Assembly (NCBI GenBank): GCA_963787145.1
Contig: CAWBBY010000039.1
Span: forward strand, 184,114-248,113
Length of the DNA stretch: 64,000 bases
Direction of reading: 5' to 3'
Origin: an uncultured Acidobacteriaceae bacterium
GTDB lineage: Bacteria; Acidobacteriota; Terriglobia; Terriglobales; Acidobacteriaceae
The position numbers were made by a program, and so were the translations under genes. Positions 59,124 through 64,000 of the stretch are shown in pieces. Each line of letters starts with the position of its first letter. The stretch's first letter is position 1. Under the pieces are notes generated by a model, which did not search any database, was not told the DNA's origin, and was given only the letters and a program-made list of their open reading frames with translations.

Positions 59124-61567
59124 GGCATCAGTCGCAAAGTATGCGTGGTTGACGCGGTCACGGCCGGCTCGCTGAAGGGCATGGCAAAGGTCTTGCCGTT
59201 ATACCAGTACGGAAACTGGTCCAAAAAGTACGGGCTGAGTGGGTCGCCGGACTCGCCCATCACAATGTTTTCTGTCGATCCGTCTACATTGCTCCAGTCC
59301 ACCGTGAGGCGCTGGCTTGGCCCCAGTATCCCGCGCACGTGGTTGAGCGTGGTCTCGTCTCCCCACAGCTGGTGTGGCCCGGTGCTGGTCCAGCTCCGGA
59401 AGAAGGGCAGCATCCCGTACAGGGGATGTTGCACATCGATCACATGCTGGCTGCCATAGGTCCAGTCGCGAAGCGACGCCGGGGCATGATGGTCAACCAT
59501 TCCTTGATGCACAGCGGCGGCGATCAGGTCGTCCCAGCTCTTGTATTTTGCCGGCAGCCATTCCGCCGGAGCCTTCTCCACCATCTCTTCCTGCACAAAA
59601 TTCTTACTTTGCCAATCGTAGAGCTTCCAGTCAGAACCCAGTTTAGGCTCCAGGACCAGGGGCCATAGCGCTTGCCTGGTGGCATCCACGATCTCCGCCG
59701 CCACTGAATCCTTGGTGATGACCCCATCCCAGGTGCGCATCAGGTCCGCAGCCTGGCGCAGTTGCGCGTCTGCCCCGGTCACCCGGTCAATGGAATACGC
59801 AAAGCGCTGGGCCAGCTCCCGGTCCACCTCCGAAAAGGTATCCATCTGCAGCGTGAGCATATCCGCCGGCGTGAGCTTGGTGTGACTGGAAAGCCACTTC
59901 CATATGCGCTCGTTGCGATAGGGTGCCTCCCAGTTGAGCGCAAGGGGATAGGGATAGCCGTCGGGGGTAATGCGTGCGTTGGCGGTGGCGATAATACCGT
60001 TATCAGGGTCCAGCACGCTCGGCAGCTCGGCGAAGGGAATGTATCCCTGCCACTCGTGGTCACTATCGGCCGCGGTTCCGGTCTCGACGATCGGGACCCC
60101 GCTCAGCCCGCCGGGCCGGATAGGAAACAATCCCACCGCCTGGTAGCCGATGTGGCCCTGGTCGTCGGCGTAGGCCATGTTCTGCGTGGGTCCCCACCAT
60201 GCGCTGACTGCCTGGCGGAATTCGGTCCAGTTGCTTGCTGAGTCTATTGCCTGCAGTGGCATCCCGCGCAGTTGTGTCGAGTACAAGGTCCACTTGAGGG
60301 AAAGCATGCGCGTCTCGTGGGGCAACATGGGAGTGATCACCGGGCCGTGCTCAGTCCTCTGCACATCGAGTAGCACATCGTTGCCGAAGCGTACGTGGAT
60401 GTGCTCCTGGTCATGCTCCGGCTGGCGCCACCCATTGCCCGCCCAGTACTCGCCCTGGGCATTGGTTTTTTCCACGTACACGTCCTGCACATCTCCATGG
60501 AGCGTGGTGTAGCCCCAGGAAATGTGTTCGTTGTGCCCCTCGATGATGAGGGGGATGCCGGGGGTGGTTACGCCAGCCACGTGGAAGCTGCCGGCCTGCA
60601 GATCTTCTTCATGCCAGATGTCGGGGATGGAGTGCTCCAGATGCATGTCGTTGGAAAGCATGGCCTTTCCGCTGGCCGTACGGGCTCCGCTCACGGCCCA
60701 TTCGTTGGAGCCGCGGCAGCTGCCGCATGAATCTGATCCCAGATTGAGAATTTGCCGCAGGCGTAACAGGTCCTCGAGGCTGGATTGGGACTCGTCGAGG
60801 GGAACGTCGGGAATATTCTGCTGTGGTGCAGTCAGGTCGGGAATCGACTGCGTCGGCGGGTGATCGCGCCAGGTGCTGGTGGGGTACAACTGGGCGATTA
60901 AATCCGGCGCCAGCTTGGCCTGCACTTTCTCCCGCTCCAGCTTCCAGGGATACGGGAAATCGAGGTTCTGCACCATGTTCAGCGTCACCAACCAGGAATC
61001 GACCGGCTGCCATGGCCGAGGCTTGTAGCCGAGCAGCCGGAACTCGGCCGGCAGATTGTCCTGATGGCCGGCGATGTAGGCGTTGACCCCTCGGGCGAAC
61101 GCTTCAAGGAGACGCCTCTGGTCCTCCGGCATAGTCGCTGTCAGTTGCTCTGCGGCTGGGCGGATCTGCAGTATCCGCTGCAACTTATCGTGTTCCACTA
61201 CGCTAGAACCCAGCAGCTCGGCCAGCTCGCCGGCGGCGAAACGCCGGGCCATGTCCATCTGCCATAGGCGGTCCTGGGCCACTACAAAACCCTGAGCCTC
61301 GAGCAGGTCGTCCATGTTGGCCGCCTGGATATGGGGTATGCCATGGACGTCGCGTCGCACCAATACTGGTGCAGTGAGCCCGGGCAGCTGCAACTGCCCA
61401 TCGAGCAGGGGCAACTGCTCGCGCATGGCCTGTTTTAGCCATGCCACACTCGCAGCTGTTCCCACCGCCGCAGCGATCAACAGGCCGATTACCAGGCCGG
61501 AGGCAATCCTCACCAGCAACGGCAACCTTCGCCGCTGAGCGGCGCCCACCTCGACCTTGGCCATCAT
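59120..61567 (-). CDS. penicillin acylase family Ntn-hydrolase (peptidase S45; possibly an acyl-homoserine-lactone/penicillin amidase)
   Basis: 815 aa with an N-terminal membrane anchor/signal and a putative autoprocessing site before the nucleophile Ser in GSNEWAVSG. Length and domain order are typical. Confidence 0.85.
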   Translation of the reverse strand: MMAKVEVGAAQRRRLPLLVRIASGLVIGLLIAAAVGTAASVAWLKQAMREQLPLLDGQLQLPGLTAPVLVRRDVHGIPHIQAANMDDLLEAQGFVVAQDRLWQMDMARRFAAGELAELLGSSVVEHDKLQRILQIRPAAEQLTATMPEDQRRLLEAFARGVNAYIAGHQDNLPAEFRLLGYKPRPWQPVDSWLVTLNMVQNLDFPYPWKLEREKVQAKLAPDLIAQLYPTSTWRDHPPTQSIPDLTAPQQNIPDVPLDESQSSLEDLLRLRQILNLGSDSCGSCRGSNEWAVSGARTASGKAMLSNDMHLEHSIPDIWHEEDLQAGSFHVAGVTTPGIPLIIEGHNEHISWGYTTLHGDVQDVYVEKTNAQGEYWAGNGWRQPEHDQEHIHVRFGNDVLLDVQRTEHGPVITPMLPHETRMLSLKWTLYSTQLRGMPLQAIDSASNWTEFRQAVSAWWGPTQNMAYADDQGHIGYQAVGLFPIRPGGLSGVPIVETGTAADSDHEWQGYIPFAELPSVLDPDNGIIATANARITPDGYPYPLALNWEAPYRNERIWKWLSSHTKLTPADMLTLQMDTFSEVDRELAQRFAYSIDRVTGADAQLRQAADLMRTWDGVITKDSVAAEIVDATRQALWPLVLEPKLGSDWKLYDWQSKNFVQEEMVEKAPAEWLPAKYKSWDDLIAAAVHQGMVDHHAPASLRDWTYGSQHVIDVQHPLYGMLPFFRSWTSTGPHQLWGDETTLNHVRGILGPSQRLTVDWSNVDGSTENIVMGESGDPLSPYFLDQFPYWYNGKTFAMPFSEPAVTASTTHTLRLMP

Positions 61568-61694
61568 CTTGCGCTCATTGTCTCATCGCGCGAGGGTTTT
61601 CTGCGGGCGCAGCTTGACAGGTCGGCGGTGGGCGGCAATCCTAGTCATTCGTTGACGAGCTTCCCGTTCGTTTCCGAGAGAGGAACATAACTGT

Positions 61695-62678
61695 TTGAAG
61701 GTTCGCGTTTTCTATCACGACCGGTGCTTTGATGGAGCATGCTCTGCTTCGCTCTTCATGCGTTTTCACCGCGAATGCATCCGTCCGGATGCACACTACG
61801 ATTTCCACGGGTTGGTGCATCGCGCCGGAGCGCTGTTTGATGAGTCCGATTTTACCGGCGACGAGAACGCAATCGTTGACTTCAAGTACAGTGCTTCACC
61901 GCGGATTACGTGGTGGTTCGATCATCACCTGAGTGCTTTTCTTACCCCTGCGGATCAACAGCATTTTCTTCTTGAGCAGCAGAGCGGTAATACGCGCCAT
62001 TTCTACGACCCCAATTACACCTCGTGCACCAGCTTCATCGCCCACATCGCGCAAACCCGCTTCGGCTTTGACCCTGCGCCGGTGGCCGAACTGATCCGCT
62101 GGGCTGACATAGTAGACGGCGCTCTCTACGAAAGCCCCAAAGCCGCCGTGGAAATGGCGGAGCCCGCCATGAAGCTCACCCTGGTGATTGAATCGAGCCA
62201 GGATCCGGCCTTTATCCCGAAACTGATTCCACTCCTCACAACCATGAGCTTGGCCGAAGTTTTAGACCAGCCGTTTGTGGCTGAGCTTTTGCCGCCGCTG
62301 CTGGAAAGGCATCGCAAGTCGCTGGAGATTATCGGGGGGCGTACTGAGCTTGTCGATGGCACGCTCTACTTCGACATTACCGATCAGCCGTTCGAGGGTT
62401 ACAACAAATTCGTTCCCTACTTCCTGCATCCCGACGCGACCTACAGCGTGGGCCTGAGCAAGTCCAGCTTTCGCACCAAAGTTGCAGTCGGGTCCAATCC
62501 GTGGACCAAGGCGCGGCCGGACCAGATGGTCAACCTGGCGCAAATTTGTGAGCGCTACGGGGGCGGAGGGCACGCCCGCGTTGGCGCGATCTCCTTTCCG
62601 CCCGACCAAGGCGCCCGCGCCCGCGCCGCGGCGGCGGAAATTGTCGCCGAGCTCCGCGCCCACAACCCCTTCCCGTAG
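61695..62678 (+). CDS. DHH/DHHA1-like phosphoesterase
   Basis: N-terminal FYHDRCFDGACSA and C-terminal ERYGGGGHARVGAISF (DHHA1 GGGH). TTG start. Confidence 0.55.
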   Translation: MKVRVFYHDRCFDGACSASLFMRFHRECIRPDAHYDFHGLVHRAGALFDESDFTGDENAIVDFKYSASPRITWWFDHHLSAFLTPADQQHFLLEQQSGNTRHFYDPNYTSCTSFIAHIAQTRFGFDPAPVAELIRWADIVDGALYESPKAAVEMAEPAMKLTLVIESSQDPAFIPKLIPLLTTMSLAEVLDQPFVAELLPPLLERHRKSLEIIGGRTELVDGTLYFDITDQPFEGYNKFVPYFLHPDATYSVGLSKSSFRTKVAVGSNPWTKARPDQMVNLAQICERYGGGGHARVGAISFPPDQGARARAAAAEIVAELRAHNPFP

Positions 62679-62693
62679 CTGAGAGGGAAGGCA

Positions 62694-62913
62694 GCGAAGT
62701 CGAAGGGGACCTGCTGTTTCTGTGTCCATCCGATCTAACAGCTCCTAATAAAAATCACCACCCTACACTTTGTCATCCCGAGCGTAGGCGAGGGATCTGC
62801 AGTTTCCCTCCACAGGTCCTTCCGCTCCGCTGCGCCCCGGCTTGCCGTGGGACCGAAGCGTAGCGGAGTGGAGAGCCTGCTCTGTGCGAAGTCGAAGGGG
62901 ACGTGCTGTTTCT
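62694..62913. repeat. composite Family-A element bounded by a 28-nt direct repeat
   Basis: gcgaagtcgaaggggac[c/g]tgctgtttct at 62694-62721 and 62886-62913. Between them lie gtcatcccgagcgtaggcgagggatctgcag (62771-62801) and a hairpin ccgctccgctgcg...cgaagcgtagcggag. Confidence 0.8.
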
Positions 62914-62982
62914 CTTCTCCCGCACTGCATTGGCCGCAAGGTCAGCCCGCACGATAGACTCCAAGAGCAGGAGCAGCCACGA

Positions 62983-63822
62983 ATGAAGCTTTATCGCACC
63001 GCCAGCGGCTACATAGTCGAGCAACAGGATCGATTCTATGCAGTCGCGGACACCTCCTGGGATCAACTGGTCATGCGCGAGGATCTCGAAGCTCATCTGA
63101 CCAAGACTTTTGAGCAGCAAAGGCCGCTGGACGCCGGTTCGTTCGCCGGGATCGAGAAGCTGCTACTGCCCCCCATCGGCAGCCAGGAAGTGTGGGCCTC
63201 CGGGGTCACCTACTACCGCAGCCGCAATGCCCGCATGGAGGAAGCAAAGACCGCTGGCGGCGGGGACTTCTACGAGCGTGTATACGTCGCGGAGCGTCCT
63301 GAACTCTTCATGAAAGCGACTCCCAATCGTGTGGTCGGCCATCGCGGCAAAGTTGCCATTCGACAGGACGCCAGCTGGTCCGTGCCCGAGCCCGAACTGA
63401 CCCTGCTGGCCAGCCCGGCAGGCAAGATCGTCGGCTACACCATCGGCAATGACATGAGCTCGCGGGATATTGAAGGCGAGAACCCGTTATATCTGCCGCA
63501 AGCCAAGGTCTATGACCGAAGCTGTGCCCTGGGGCCGGGAATCCTGATCGCAGGCGAACCGATCCCATCCTCGACCGAAATTCGCATGCAGATCCTGCGC
63601 GCCGGCAAGGCTGTCTTCTCCGGCTCTACCGCGCTCACCGAATTGAAGCGTAAATTCAGCACCCTGCTCGAATATCTTTACCGTGACAATAGCTTTCCCA
63701 ACGGCTGCTTCTTACTCACCGGGACCGGCATTGTTCCGCCGGATGAGTTCACCCTGCAGCAGCAGGATGAGATACACATCAGCATCGCCGGGATTGGCAC
63801 GCTGATTAATACCGTTGGTTAA
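62983..63822 (+). CDS. fumarylacetoacetate hydrolase (FAH) family protein
   Basis: Start at ATG 62983 ([10 protein letters not shown]...). The [16 protein letters not shown] and GTGIVPP motifs fit the FAH fold. The upstream part of the track ORF reads through the repeat. Confidence 0.75.
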   Translation: MKLYRTASGYIVEQQDRFYAVADTSWDQLVMREDLEAHLTKTFEQQRPLDAGSFAGIEKLLLPPIGSQEVWASGVTYYRSRNARMEEAKTAGGGDFYERVYVAERPELFMKATPNRVVGHRGKVAIRQDASWSVPEPELTLLASPAGKIVGYTIGNDMSSRDIEGENPLYLPQAKVYDRSCALGPGILIAGEPIPSSTEIRMQILRAGKAVFSGSTALTELKRKFSTLLEYLYRDNSFPNGCFLLTGTGIVPPDEFTLQQQDEIHISIAGIGTLINTVG

Positions 63823-63826
63823 AGGT

Positions 63827-64000
63827 TTACGATTTCGGCGCGTTGATCTTGTACGTCAGCTTATCGGATTCAAATCGTCCGCTGGGCGCCGCGATGCCGG
63901 CGCTCTTCAACTTTTCGTCATCTTCCGGGGTGGCACTGGGCCCGTCGTATACGACGTGAAATTCGTAAGTCCCGTGCGCATTGGTGTCGACGCCCATGGC
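63827..64000 (-). CDS. C-terminal fragment of an unidentified protein; the CDS enters from the right window edge
   Basis: Hand translation of the minus strand from 64000 is open for 57 codons (AMGVDTNAHGTYEFHVVYDGPSATPEDDEKLKSAGIAAPSGRFESDKLTYKINAPKS) and ends at TAA (63827-63829). No domain recognised. Confidence 0.4.
   Translation of the reverse strand, partial: AMGVDTNAHGTYEFHVVYDGPSATPEDDEKLKSAGIAAPSGRFESDKLTYKINAPKS

Overview
High-GC bacterial chromosomal window. The gene content and the repeat families suggest Acidobacteriota, but that is inference only. Most of it is housekeeping: guaB, the rimP-nusA-infB operon, rbfA/nrnA, polX, a cold-shock gene, bshC and an ispA-like gene. There are many secreted peptidases/hydrolases: a beta-lactamase-fold hydrolase, DmpA/S58, CocE/NonD, M28, M24 and a penicillin-acylase-like protein. 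A surface-polysaccharide region (about 33-50 kb) holds GT9, gmhB, GT4, a Wzc-like kinase, GT2, a Wza-like exporter, a WcaF-like acetyltransferase, ugd, a UDP-xylose synthase and rfbBA. The accessory content is one IS110-family element, one Phd/PIN toxin-antitoxin pair, and at least five families of long palindromic REP/MITE-like repeats in intergenic spacers. The most interesting signal is the IS110 element (2839-4343). It sits precisely inside a palindromic repeat. Its 245-nt 5' non-coding end contains short exact copies of its own insertion junction and of both target flanks, as expected for a bridge-RNA-type guide. Second, three genes of the polysaccharide region (gmhB, GT4, the Wza-like gene) look frameshifted at short G/C runs, and I saw no such disruption elsewhere in the window. 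I found no CRISPR array, tRNA, rRNA or recognisable multi-gene defence system. Functional calls rest on motif recognition in the supplied translations, not on database searches.
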